Source: a virus | Strand: one strand, 5' to 3' | DNA: 64,000 bases | IMG/VR virus record: IMGVR_UViG_3300017917_000529 | Span: 4,790-68,789 of that record | Shown: positions 10,301 through 20,500 of the stretch, piece by piece | Numbering within the stretch: the stretch's first letter is position 1 | Layout: every line of letters starts with the position of its first letter | The notes under the pieces: generated by a model | What the model was told of the DNA's origin: nothing | The model's input: the letters and a program-made list of their open reading frames with translations, nothing else | Database searches by the model: none | Translations under genes and position numbers: made by a program

Positions 10301-10582
10301 GACTATATGATTGTAGACTAGATCTAAATCTCCAGAGCGTTCTTTTTTATCTCTGGTATCAAATCTGTCCTGACACATATAGCCCTCTATGCCAAGAATA
10401 GGTTTAACGCCCTTTGCTTTTGCACCTCGATACAGTTCTCTATGCCCAGATAAGGTCCCGTGATCTGTGATTGCCAATGCTGGCATACCCAAATCAACTG
10501 CACGGTCTATATATTCTTCTGGAGTAGCAACACCATCAAATAATGAATAGTGTGTGTGGACGTGTAAACCTACATAACTCAT
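7310..10582 (-). CDS. dnaE: DNA polymerase III alpha subunit (family C) with PHP domain
   Basis: HVHTHYSLFDG, TDHG, GPGRGSSAGSL, PDIDTD, KIDALGL, GVFQCE, YSFNKSHAVAY. Confidence 0.96.
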   Translation of the reverse strand: MSYVGLHVHTHYSLFDGVATPEEYIDRAVDLGMPALAITDHGTLSGHRELYRGAKAKGVKPILGIEGYMCQDRFDTRDKKERSGDLDLVYNHIVLLAKNKIGLENLNKINEIAWTEGYFKKPRFDFEILEKYSEGIIVTSACPSSVLVKALENEEYAVAKKYIDWFKRVFKDDYYIEVMPHNEAKINKQLLSLADEYDVKAIVTPDCHHSDKEQREIQEFKLLLNTHAKVEKDHTYEKSKKHKDMMDRLDYLYGKDRQITFNKFKIHLLSYEEIKSAMQMQGIDREDIYLNTIEIANKVQDYDIKENLNLLPVQYRNPDKELELIAFEGLKEKGFENNKEYVDRLKEELSVIKDKKFGPYFLVVQNMISWAKKQNILVGPGRGSSAGSLLCYVLGITDIDPIKHNLLFFRFINPERNDFPDIDTDIQDSRRDEVKDYLVRQYRHVASIATFLQFKEKGVVRDVSRVLNIPLPDVNKVLKLVDTWDEFCRSKTTEWFREKYPEVEIYGEQLRGRIRGTGIHAAGIVTSKDPIFRYAPLETRSSPGSDVRIPVVGVDMEEAEKIGLIKIDALGLKTLSVIQDTIKAIKENHYVDINLLNIDMEDKNIYDMLSSGYTKGVFQCEATPYTNLLVKMGVSNLSELAASNALVRPGAMNTIGKDYVERKHGKQNTGYLHQILKSFTMETYGCILYQEQVMQACVELGGMTMSEADKVRKIIGKKKDAKEFDAFQEKFIKNASAYIAPNDALDLWKDFEAHAGYSFNKSHAVAYSTVSYWTAWLKYYYPLEFMFALLKNEKDKDARTEYLIEAKRMGIPMRLPHVNDSDIDFKIEGKGIRFGLSSIKYISDKIAQRYIDARPFNSYKELEEFTFTKGNGVNSRALQSLRAIGAATFTDNPRNDQEIKNNLYEYLNLPEFNIPLPPHYLAFITEVEDYDEKGSYILMGMVKGIKRSKGWSRVELLDKTGAIGIFDEEQTTLESGHTYLVLVNDNRIVSSVKIEDLKTSNSAIIRFLNYKQLPFTSEEHFVVSFKPRITKAGKKMASLTLADTSRNLHSVTVFPKAFPKAYMKIEEGHAYKFELSKMKDGTTILEDINA

Positions 10583-10585
10583 CTA

Positions 10586-11242
10586 TTACCAGTCAGTGTT
10601 TGTTGACGAAGTAACAGAAGGAGAATCAAAACCCAGATAGAAAGCCTCTTGTTCTGCGTAAGGAACTTTTTTAAGAGCCTTTTCTAATTGATAAGGTTCA
10701 ATGCCTTCCCAATTAAAAGGTTCTTTATCTGGTGTAGATGGAATTAATGTGTAACTAGTTTCTGTTCCTTGACCGTTACGCTTTAATTTCCATGTAAGAT
10801 TTGATATGCTTCCAGTTTCTAAAGCATATTCACGAATTGTATTAAATGAAGATTGTTTGCTTAATCCCATTGACCAAATTGCAACATATGGTGCTTCAAT
10901 TCCATCATCAACAATAACATTGCAATAGAAACGAAGACGACCTCTCCAGCCAGCCTTTGGATCTTTGCGATGCATTTCTTCAGCCCAATCACGACCTTCT
11001 GATTCCATTGTATCTAAAGCACGACGCTTATAGTCTTTTGGATTAACGTGTTCTTTAACAACTAGTGCTAGTCCACGTTTTTCATTATAGTTGGCAGATT
11101 CTTCATCTAATTCTTCAATGAATCTGATTTTTGCTGATTGACCATCGGCAAGTTTTAACCATCTTACCTTTGGTGCATTGCTATCATTTTTTGGTTTATC
11201 GAGCAGGGCATTGATATTTTTTAATCCCTTTACTACGCTCAT
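10586..11242 (-). CDS. single-stranded DNA-binding protein (gp32-like)
   Basis: KIRFIEEL...WKLKRNGQGTETSYTLIP; lies between polymerase and primase; ends in a DW tail. Confidence 0.7.
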   Translation of the reverse strand: MSVVKGLKNINALLDKPKNDSNAPKVRWLKLADGQSAKIRFIEELDEESANYNEKRGLALVVKEHVNPKDYKRRALDTMESEGRDWAEEMHRKDPKAGWRGRLRFYCNVIVDDGIEAPYVAIWSMGLSKQSSFNTIREYALETGSISNLTWKLKRNGQGTETSYTLIPSTPDKEPFNWEGIEPYQLEKALKKVPYAEQEAFYLGFDSPSVTSSTNTDW

Positions 11243-11265
11243 ATTTCTCCTTTGTTTGTACTTAC

Positions 11266-12210
11266 CTATTTTAGCATAGCATCTATGGAGTTGTCAAATC
11301 TATATTGTAAACCTTTAATAGATTCATCATCCATATCACCTATGTCTTTATATTTGTTATTTAATTTTATTATTGTAGTGCGTGATGAAAGTTTTTCTAA
11401 AATACGATTTTTCATATTATCTCCTGCTTCATCATTGTCTGCAATTACAACAATGTCATTAAAATATTTCTTTAATAACTCTATTTGTGTACTTGATATT
11501 GTTGCACCAAGTGTTGCTACTGCTGAAAATCCAACTTGATCCAACCTTATAGCATCAAAAGAAGATTCTACCACATATACAGTGCTTGATGTTTTTACTC
11601 TATTTAAATTAAATAATGTTTTTGATTTTGATAAACCTGGAGTATTTTTAAACTCTTTTCCAACTATAGATCTACCAACAAAGCCTATCAATATATTTCC
11701 TGGAGAATGAACTGGTATCGTCACCATATCTTGTTTTTCTGAATATCCAAGCATAAATTTTTCTATAGAATTAACAGATATCCTTCTATTAGAAAAATAT
11801 TGTATTGCTCTCTCAGAATTTACTGCCTGTCTGTTTAAATTTTCTACAATATTGATATCAAATTCAATAAAATCTGGTTTAATAAACAACCTCTTATTTA
11901 CCTGCTTTTCAATATCTATATTAACTTCTGCATTTTTAATAAAACGAACAGATTCAAAATATGTTCTATCAGTTGTATGCATAACAAATTCTATTAGGTC
12001 AGCAATTTTATTACAAGAAAAACAAAAGAAAAGTCCAGAAGTCATATTTATTTCCCCTGCTGGAGTTCTATTGTTATTGTGAAATGGGCAAAATACTATA
12101 AACTCTGAACCCATTTCTGAGTATATGTTTAAACCTGATCCCTCAACGACTCTTTTAATTTGTTCTTTGGTGTATATATTGGTACTGTTACGTTGATTCC
12201 CTCTATGCAT
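11266..12210 (-). CDS. DnaG-like primase
   Basis: Zn finger CPFH...CFSC; TOPRIM VVESSFDA...IADNDEAG. Confidence 0.9.
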   Translation of the reverse strand: MHRGNQRNSTNIYTKEQIKRVVEGSGLNIYSEMGSEFIVFCPFHNNNRTPAGEINMTSGLFFCFSCNKIADLIEFVMHTTDRTYFESVRFIKNAEVNIDIEKQVNKRLFIKPDFIEFDINIVENLNRQAVNSERAIQYFSNRRISVNSIEKFMLGYSEKQDMVTIPVHSPGNILIGFVGRSIVGKEFKNTPGLSKSKTLFNLNRVKTSSTVYVVESSFDAIRLDQVGFSAVATLGATISSTQIELLKKYFNDIVVIADNDEAGDNMKNRILEKLSSRTTIIKLNNKYKDIGDMDDESIKGLQYRFDNSIDAMLK

Positions 12211-12455
12211 TCACTCTTTCTCTTTCCTACATATATTCCGTAAATTGTTAGTTTAAAACTAAAATTCTTATTTCTCAGGTTATAGTCTATCGTAAAATCT
12301 GGCTCCATGTCAAGTCTTGGAACATACCCAGATAGCCTCATTTCTGAGATTAGTAGCCTTGCATACTCAGCCCTGAGCCTTTCAAATGAGGAGTCATCGT
12401 GTATTGTTCCCTCAAGAGAAAAATGTTTGATAGGTTTGTGATGAAAGTTTTGCAC
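12129..12455 (-). CDS. hypothetical protein
   Basis: GTG start 5 nt after TATAAT; between helicase and primase. Confidence 0.55.
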   Translation of the reverse strand: MQNFHHKPIKHFSLEGTIHDDSSFERLRAEYARLLISEMRLSGYVPRLDMEPDFTIDYNLRNKNFSFKLTIYGIYVGKRKSECIEGINVTVPIYTPKNKLKESLRDQV

Positions 12456-12461
12456 ATAATA

Positions 12462-13688
12462 TTATAACTGGTTATCTTCATAATCTTTGTATTTATAGTA
12501 TCCTTTATCAAAATCTACTTGAATCAAAAACTCTCCCATAAAACCATTTCTATTTTTTCTAAAAGCACATTCTATAATATCACTATTAGTTGCTCTACCA
12601 AGTGCCATCACCCAGTCTGCATCATATGCAATTTGTCTAGACCATGCTGTTTGACCTAATGTTGGAACACTGCTCAAATCATTTACATCGTCTGGTGTAG
12701 CAGAAGAAATAGCAATAATAGGAACCTCTTCTCCAATAGCCATTAACTTTAATTCTCTAGAAAGATTTTTCATTCTAACCGTTTCGTTATCAGACCTTTG
12801 ATTTGGACTCATTAATTGTAGATAATCTACAATAACAAAGTCTGGCTTATATTGATCTATTTTGCCACGTAATACTGATGGATTGATTTCTCCGCCATTA
12901 TCATTAGAGATGATGTGAAATTCTGGTTTACCTAAAAGTTTGTTTGCATGCCATTTATTAAACATATCAAGTTCTATTTCACCTTTACTCAATTTTCTGT
13001 GTGACCAAAGTCCTTCTCCCATAATTGTGTATACACGATTTCTAACTTCTGCTTCTCCCATTTCTAAAGATATAACTAGTGGAGACTTGCCTTGTTTCCA
13101 GGCCTGTACGGCAAAATACAGGGCTAACCAAGACTTACCTATACCTGGATATGCAAGGAAAACACCAAGTTGTCCTGGCATAATTCCAGAGGGTAAATAG
13201 TTATCAAAACCTGGTAATCCAGTAGTAATACCAACCAAACCAAGTTCTTGTTGTTTTTTAAGATTTTCAAAATATGCAACTGCTGATTGTAAGTCTGTGA
13301 CATCAATATCACGTATTGCAGATGTATTCTTTTTTAACTCAGAGGTTTTTGTTATAAGACTATTTAAAGCCTCAGTGCCTCTATTTTCAGATACATCTGT
13401 TGCAGCAGATCTCAATATATCTTTTAGTGAATCATTTAAATATGTTGTTTGTAATTCTTCAAGATGATGTTTGGTAGATCCTACATTTTCAACAGGTTTA
13501 AAATCTCTAAATTTTTCTACAACCAAAGATACTGGGGGAACTGTTGAATTTTGTTCAAAGTAAATTCTTATAAAATTCCAAATATCGTTATGTGTTTTTA
13601 ATAATGAATCCATATTACTTTGTAATAAAACGTGCAACTGTTTATCGTTAAGAACTGCTGAAATAACTTTAGATTCTACATTATCCAT
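12462..13688 (-). CDS. DnaB-like replicative helicase
   Basis: AYPGIGKS, ISLEMG, IVDYLQLM, IAYDADWV, RKNRNG. Confidence 0.92.
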   Translation of the reverse strand: MDNVESKVISAVLNDKQLHVLLQSNMDSLLKTHNDIWNFIRIYFEQNSTVPPVSLVVEKFRDFKPVENVGSTKHHLEELQTTYLNDSLKDILRSAATDVSENRGTEALNSLITKTSELKKNTSAIRDIDVTDLQSAVAYFENLKKQQELGLVGITTGLPGFDNYLPSGIMPGQLGVFLAYPGIGKSWLALYFAVQAWKQGKSPLVISLEMGEAEVRNRVYTIMGEGLWSHRKLSKGEIELDMFNKWHANKLLGKPEFHIISNDNGGEINPSVLRGKIDQYKPDFVIVDYLQLMSPNQRSDNETVRMKNLSRELKLMAIGEEVPIIAISSATPDDVNDLSSVPTLGQTAWSRQIAYDADWVMALGRATNSDIIECAFRKNRNGFMGEFLIQVDFDKGYYKYKDYEDNQL

Positions 13689-13989
13689 TTAACCAATCCT
13701 TTGCTTTTTTTCTTCTTTCAAGTCTTTCAAAATCATCTTTTTCTTTGTCTATTTTAGCCTGCCAAATTTTATCTGCATTATATGCAAAATTGTTCCAACT
13801 TGGGTTTTGTGAAACTTTAAAATAATATTCAAGCAAATCATAACATGTTCCAAGGCCATATGATTCTATTATGGCATCTGCAGCCCATTGTTCTGCATAC
13901 TTATTTAAAGATGGCTGTTGCTTATATCTTTCTTTATGATATTTAGAGTATACCCCTAGCAAAGCCATACGGTCTTTGCGTTCAGCCAT
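13681..13989 (-). CDS. hypothetical protein (possible helicase loader, by position only)
   Basis: 102 aa ORF overlapping the helicase start. Confidence 0.5.
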   Translation of the reverse strand: MAERKDRMALLGVYSKYHKERYKQQPSLNKYAEQWAADAIIESYGLGTCYDLLEYYFKVSQNPSWNNFAYNADKIWQAKIDKEKDDFERLERRKKAKDWLNG

Positions 13990-14204
13990 TATTCAGTTAT
14001 CTCTGCTTTTGCTTCATTTATTTTTTCAGTTAATTTATTTTCAACAAATCCATACACTCTTTCAAATGCTTCACTTGTGGTTTCCCCTTCTTTTTTAGAA
14101 TCCACAACACCAAGATCTAATCTTAGTGATTGAAAGTTGCCTAGATTTAATGTATATCCAAGTGTTATAGAAACCTTGGTATTATCATTTTCTTGCATAC
14201 CCAC
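13989..14204 (-). CDS. hypothetical protein
   Basis: GYTLNLGNFQSLRLD resembles a small phage family; coupled to the next gene. Confidence 0.55.
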   Translation of the reverse strand: MGMQENDNTKVSITLGYTLNLGNFQSLRLDLGVVDSKKEGETTSEAFERVYGFVENKLTEKINEAKAEITE

Positions 14205-14213
14205 TTCTTTCTA

Positions 14214-14759
14214 CTAGTTAATTGATTCATCCCAAACTGGAATAAATCTACCGTCTTCAGTTTTTGTATACTTAAGTATACCATCACCCATTCTTCTAGT
14301 CAATTCTTGTGGACTAGGTGTTATATCATTTGTAATAAGACTATCTTTTCTTGGTCTTCCAATATGATAAGAAGCAAGTATATCACGTATATCCCTTACT
14401 TGTGATTCTGAGTAGTATGATCTTACTTGCCATCCCCTAGCCCCACCTTTTTGAGATCCAGTAGGAAATGGTATAATTCCTCTTTTCATTAAAGATGGCA
14501 TATATTTTTTATGTCTATTTACTAATTCTGCAGTTTGCCCAACAGTATAAGCACGTTCTCTTTTATTTTTAAAATCATTAATTAAACAACTTTCTATTCG
14601 ATCTTTATTAATATTATAAACAGACATTATTCCATTTGACTTATTGTAGTGATGTATTCTTACTAAATCTCCATTTAAAAACCATACTTTCTTGTTTCCA
14701 GGAATTACAGGGGCGATATTGTATGCTTCGCTCTCAATATTTCCTTTTCTAAAAGCCAT
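14214..14759 (-). CDS. MerR-like HTH DNA-binding protein
   Basis: YTVGQTAELVNRH...KRGIIP...RSYYSESQV winged-HTH pattern. Confidence 0.6.
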   Translation of the reverse strand: MAFRKGNIESEAYNIAPVIPGNKKVWFLNGDLVRIHHYNKSNGIMSVYNINKDRIESCLINDFKNKRERAYTVGQTAELVNRHKKYMPSLMKRGIIPFPTGSQKGGARGWQVRSYYSESQVRDIRDILASYHIGRPRKDSLITNDITPSPQELTRRMGDGILKYTKTEDGRFIPVWDESIN

Positions 14760-14896
14760 CTACCCTCCAAGGTCTCTTGTGGGGGATTTAAGAATTTTCT
14801 ATATCCACACCACATACAATATAATTCCAGATATTGTCTAGAGTTATAAATTCTATCTATAAAAAGTCTATTGTTGCATTTTAAACATTTTAACAT
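14705..14896 (-). CDS. small zinc-ribbon protein
   Basis: CLKC...YCMWCG. Confidence 0.55.
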   Translation of the reverse strand: MLKCLKCNNRLFIDRIYNSRQYLELYCMWCGYRKFLNPPQETLEGRWLLEKEILRAKHTISPL

Positions 14897-15336
14897 TAGT
14901 TAGGAATTCCAAGTGCAATTATATTTATGCCTATTGACACATTGCCACTTGTTTTAAATTTTACAACTCCATCAACTTTTGAAACTGTTATATTTTTTAA
15001 AACTATTGATATGTCTGATCCAGCAGAGGTCCCATCAATGTTTAAAGGAGTAGCAGTAACGATTGGTGCATATTTAAATCCAGAATAACTTAAAGAAAAT
15101 GGTAATTCATTTCCAGCATTAACTGTACTATTGTTTGCTACCTCTACATAGCCTCCAACCATTCTCATTTCAGATGATTTTACGTCTTGTTTTCCAGAAG
15201 AAATCGTATCTATGGTCATATATTTATTTAGTGAGGGAGAAACTTGAGTAGACAGTGTATTTAAAGTATCTGCTATTTGATATATATATGAAACATCAAG
15301 TGGCTGACCACGATTTGGTAAAGGTATTCTTGCCAT
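14896..15336 (-). CDS. putative minor tail protein
   Basis: Beta-rich C-terminus (F..APIVTAT...INIIALG) like phage tail domains; last gene of the tail block. Confidence 0.5.
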   Translation of the reverse strand: MARIPLPNRGQPLDVSYIYQIADTLNTLSTQVSPSLNKYMTIDTISSGKQDVKSSEMRMVGGYVEVANNSTVNAGNELPFSLSYSGFKYAPIVTATPLNIDGTSAGSDISIVLKNITVSKVDGVVKFKTSGNVSIGINIIALGIPN

Positions 15337-15354
15337 AGTTATTCTATTATACCA

Positions 15355-15855
15355 TTAAAGAGATTCATTTAATAAAGAATATACTTTTAAAAAAGTAGAA
15401 GATCTTGATATTGGAGTTCCTTTTAAAAATATCTCTATACTAACTTTATTTGGTGCAGAAGCCTGAGTTACTCCATTTATTTTATAGGTTGTTGGATGTA
15501 ATAACGAGAATGAGGTTGCTTCTATTCTTTGTTGATAAACCCAATCTCCAGAATCTCCTCTATCAAATCTTACCCATATATCAAATTCTTTTGATGATCT
15601 AACTACATTATCTCCTTTTTTAATAATAACTGGATCCCAGATAAAACCAGATACTCCCTGTAACTTGGAATGAACAATTACTCCTGAAACAAAGGTATAT
15701 TCTGGTTTTATAAGTTTAATTGGAGACCAGTGGGATATTCTATTCTTATCTTCTGATACAACTCTATACTTAACTAACCAACCCTGTTCTTTTACAAGAA
15801 GATCTGGTAAATCAGCATTCTTTATTATTATTTTTTTTATATTTTTGTCTGACAT
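15355..15855 (-). CDS. putative tail tip protein
   Basis: Position in tail block; YRVVSEDKNRISHWSP. Confidence 0.45.
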   Translation of the reverse strand: MSDKNIKKIIIKNADLPDLLVKEQGWLVKYRVVSEDKNRISHWSPIKLIKPEYTFVSGVIVHSKLQGVSGFIWDPVIIKKGDNVVRSSKEFDIWVRFDRGDSGDWVYQQRIEATSFSLLHPTTYKINGVTQASAPNKVSIEIFLKGTPISRSSTFLKVYSLLNESL

Positions 15856-17018
15856 TATTGTACATCCAACTCAAACCTAAATTCTATATAATTACTTGTA
15901 TTTGGATTTTTTATAATAGGCAAAGAATCTATATTTCTTATAACTGTATATCCAGTTAGTCCATATGCTGGATTTAAATTATTTTTGCTTTCGACTCTTA
16001 AGGCATCTAATGCAATATAATGAGATCCACTCAATGTATCTGCATTTGTTATACCAGTCAAAACTTGAGAATATATCTTTATTGTATCTACTGATTTCCA
16101 TGGAAAACCATTCGTAGTATTTAATTCGTTTATTTTTTTAGAAACAACAAAATATCTATTTGTATCAAAATCATATTGAGAATCATTGTTTATATGATCT
16201 ACTCTTGCTTCCATTCTTGCATATGCACCAGGTACGCTAGAAGCAGAAAATTCTATCATTATGTTAGCAGCAATTTTTGATGTATTAATATCTGGATCAT
16301 TTCCATCTTTATTTATTACACTAAATGCTAATCTTAATTCATCAGATGTAGAATATTTAGAAAGATCTGCAGATGTTCCAGATATTTGTATAAAATTGCC
16401 TCCGCCAACTAAAGATCCTGTTGATCCAGTAAAAGTAGAAGAATTTCCTTTTATTAAAATCATATTGTTTAAAAATCTAGGTCTTTCATTTTTTTCATAT
16501 CTAGACGTATTCAAAAATATTGTATTATCAGCATTTGTTTGTAAAATATCTAATGCTGTTGATTGATTATTAATTACAAAGTAATCTTTAATTATATTTG
16601 GAATTAGTGGATCGTCCAATGGTTCTGCTACAACATTTAATGTGTTAGATCCATTTATGCTCCAATTTTCAGATTGTGTAAAAGATAGTAATGTTTTGCT
16701 ATCACTAGAAACAAGCAAAGGATTGAATCCAGCAGAATATAGTCCAACCTCGGTTATCTCGTATCTTTCCTCTGTTGGCAATTCTGCTGTAAGTACAATT
16801 TTTGATATACCATCTTCATTAATAATGCCTCTAGATGAAACTGGAACTCTAAACATTTCAAAATCTAGTTCTGTTTTTTCTGAATAGTCTGGTTTTGTCC
16901 CACTAACATATGGCTCTAATGGTTTTGCACCACAACCAACTGCTATATAAGATGCATAGGAAGGAACTTGACCAAGCAAATACTTTAAAATTATATTTTT
17001 ACCAGTATTAGTAATCAC
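15855..17018 (-). CDS. putative baseplate/tail tip protein
   Basis: MITNTGK...YIAVGCG...ITEVGLY resembles tail-collar/baseplate N-termini. Confidence 0.55.
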   Translation of the reverse strand: MITNTGKNIILKYLLGQVPSYASYIAVGCGAKPLEPYVSGTKPDYSEKTELDFEMFRVPVSSRGIINEDGISKIVLTAELPTEERYEITEVGLYSAGFNPLLVSSDSKTLLSFTQSENWSINGSNTLNVVAEPLDDPLIPNIIKDYFVINNQSTALDILQTNADNTIFLNTSRYEKNERPRFLNNMILIKGNSSTFTGSTGSLVGGGNFIQISGTSADLSKYSTSDELRLAFSVINKDGNDPDINTSKIAANIMIEFSASSVPGAYARMEARVDHINNDSQYDFDTNRYFVVSKKINELNTTNGFPWKSVDTIKIYSQVLTGITNADTLSGSHYIALDALRVESKNNLNPAYGLTGYTVIRNIDSLPIIKNPNTSNYIEFRFELDVQ

Positions 17019-17032
17019 AAAAATCTCCTATG

Positions 17033-17515
17033 TTATATTGTATCATAATAAGCAGTTCCAGTTGTTAATATATTTACCTCTATCTGTTCGTCATTTTCAA
17101 GATTTATCAATTCAATAACCAGATCTCCAGTTAAAGAATCTATATATGCATTTGTTCCATCAGGACCATTTCCATAATCTGGATTTTTTTTATCAAGATC
17201 TATTGTAAAATTTTTAAAATATTCGTAAGATGTTTTAAATACTGGAGCAAGCGTATAGGAATTATATGCTTGCAATATTTTATTAGAATTGTATAAATTA
17301 TCATAAACTAGGTTAGATCCAAATACCGTGTCATTTCTATCTATATTAATAATTTCCTGACCACCAATGTCCTCAAATATTAAATTATACATTGTTTCAA
17401 TAGGAAGTTGATCTTCTCCAACTAAAATATATTGTGGGTCTGCAACCTTAACTAGATATTGATCAGAAGAATTAGAGTATATTATTTGCGGTGTATCTGG
17501 AACTGAACTACTCAT
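17033..17515 (-). CDS. putative tail protein
   Basis: Position downstream of the large tail protein; start set at MSSSVP. Confidence 0.45.
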   Translation of the reverse strand: MSSSVPDTPQIIYSNSSDQYLVKVADPQYILVGEDQLPIETMYNLIFEDIGGQEIINIDRNDTVFGSNLVYDNLYNSNKILQAYNSYTLAPVFKTSYEYFKNFTIDLDKKNPDYGNGPDGTNAYIDSLTGDLVIELINLENDEQIEVNILTTGTAYYDTI

Positions 17516-20500
17516 CTGACACCTCATAACAATATATTTTCATAGTTGCCCCTTGAAAAGATCTTGAATAAACTATATTATAAACAACAAATCTTTTTTC
17601 TTCTGATGCTATTATATCTTTATTATCTAAAGTTTTATAATGTATGCTAATCAAATCTCCTAATTGAATTATTGGCATAGCAAATATGTCTATACCTATA
17701 GCATTTTTAGGTTCGATAGTTTTATCAATAACCCATCCCATAAGTTCTTCTGCATCGTCCCTTGTTTGTATATAAGGCACATCCATAGTAAATTCTTTTG
17801 TTCCATATTTGGATTTGCTTATTTTTAACTTGTTGTACTTGTTTTTAGAATCAATATTAGATTTTATGGTTTGATCATCTAAATACTGCATGCTAATATT
17901 ATTAGAATTTTCTTTATAATAATCATCTACCTTTAAAACATTGTTGGTAGATTGTGTAAATGCAACTCCCTGTATTCTTAAATAATTTCCAGAAGTTTCA
18001 TCTAATGTTAATACGGTATCTGTTGCATTGAATATTAAAAATTCTGCACCATAAGCATCTGGCAAATAACCAGAAATGGTGTATCCTTTTATTTTATTAA
18101 AAGTTGGAGATATTTTAGAATATAATGCTGGATATGCTTTATCAAATTTAATATTAAAATATGCACACTCTCTCATTATGGTGCCAAACTCATCAAAATA
18201 AAAATTGTATGATGGTGGTTCTGATGGGCTAATTCCAGATAAATAAGTTGACTGAACAATAGAACTTAATGCATATTTTCTAAAAGCATCGTTTGATGTA
18301 AGTTCTTGATTATCAAATATTTTGTTAAATGGAAGATCTATGTTTTCTGAAACATTTTTAGAGTAGTTACTTCCAAGAGCAAAGATATTTTCAAACATAA
18401 TCTTAGATGTTCCTCTAGTAAACAAACACATATTGTTATAAATAGGTAATGGATTTGTATCATCTACTATTGCTACTATATTGTTATTTACATATAAATA
18501 AAATTTTCTAACTTGACCAATATCTATATACTCTATTGCTAAATCATATACTGTAGGATTTGATTCTCCTATCATTCTATATTGTCCAGTAAAATTTCCA
18601 TCATCTACTAAAATATTACTTATACCAGACCAAAGTTTAATTGGTACTGCCATGTCAGTAGCACTGTCTTTTCCTATTTTATAAAATAACAAATTTGAAA
18701 TTGTTGAATCGTTTGAATATTTATCAATATTGGTTTCTGTTAATGCTACAATTTCAAAGTAATATCCTAGGTTATTTGTAGGATTTACCATTATTCCAAT
18801 TCCACCAGATCCCCCACCAATACTTATATTATGAGATGGATTTGTTCCAGGTGTTACATAATATGTCATACTTCCTATTGGTGTTTGACCTCTAACTTCA
18901 TTGTTTTCTATTTTTCCAATAATTCTTAATCTGGTTCCAAAATGTTTAAATTTATTATTTAAAGGTTTATAAACATAATTAATATAATTTATTGGTTTTT
19001 GTTCAAAAGTAAAAGATGGCCCAGTCATTACTAATGCTGAAGATTGTATGTTTCCAGACTTACTGTTAATAGAATTTTTACTATCATATTCTGAGGTATA
19101 AGAACTTGATAAAAAATTTTTAATAAGTCCAGTTCTAGTAGTTTGTTTTGCTATTGAGTCGTTGACTCCAGCGGGACCAACAACAACTGTTTTATCTATT
19201 TCTTTATCTGAAAACAAATATTCTGAATACATGTTACAACTCTTCACATTATCATTATTTGTCCAATATGGATTTAAACCAGCATAATGATTTGTTATTT
19301 TTGTATCAAACTGCTTTCTGCCATTTTTTATTACATCTCCATTTTTTAATACTTGAACTCCGTTATCAATTACATAATCTAACTCTGTATAAATTCTAAC
19401 CAAACCAGTTGGATACATTTTTCCATTAAATGGCAACTTAGAAAAATAGTTTTCATATTCTTGAGTATTTGTAATCCAAACATTTCCTACTCCAGATACA
19501 TTATATTCCACTGCATCATATCTAATTATTTCTCCATTGGAATAAAAATATCCATTATAATTACTAATCCAATAAACATTTTCTCCTAAATCAATTACAT
19601 TATTAAACAAAGTATTATATGAAACATATGGAACTTGATCAGATAAAGATGACGCTAAGGGAATTGCAGACAAAACGTATGAAGACATTGATGATTCTGA
19701 CTCATTAATTGTTTTTGTTTTATTTTTTCCAGAAACTTCCCATAATAAGGTTGGTTTATATACCCAAGTTTTTTCTTTATCAACAAGTGTTGCTTGTTTA
19801 ATTGATCCAAGAGTTTTTTGAATATATCTTGTTGTATAATTTATTTGTCCAGAATTTATTATTTTTGTATCAACTATAGAAGCATTTATAATATTTTCTT
19901 TATTATTATTTTGAATATTTTCAGAACCATAAAGAGTAATATCTGATACTCTATCTATTTTTTTAGGAACTGTATAATTTTTACTCATTATAACTAAATC
20001 GTTTTCTTCATTAAAGAACATGGAAGATTGAGATGATATTGCTAAATCATTTAAAACTTGAGCAATACTTTTTTGTTCATTGCAGAAGAAAAATGGAATA
20101 ATTAACTCTTGTTCATTTTCAATTTTTTTAAATATATAATTAGAAAAACCAGCATAATCCAATAATGTAGATACTGCAAAACTTAAAGAAACATTAGTTA
20201 AAAATAAACTTGGTGCATTTATTTGTTCTAAATAAAAATATAGGTCTCTTAATTCTATAGAAGTTTTTCCATCTTTTAAATTAGTTTGTGGAATATTTTC
20301 AGAATATAGTTTTTTTAATGGCACGTAGTTATGTATGTTTTTTTGCGTTTCTATGTTTTCATAAAAACTAAATTTAACATGATTATTCAAATATTTAGAA
20401 ATAATACTGTCTTTATTTTCTTTATTAAAAGATCTGTCTGAATCTATCAATTCAATATTTCCATTAGATGCTAACAATTGTCCAACTGGTAAACCATTTA

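Noticed and set aside
7310-10582. Inteins or introns in DnaE (also checked DnaB, RecA, NrdJ)
   Set aside because: Lengths and motif spacing are normal; no Hint or homing-endonuclease insert is visible
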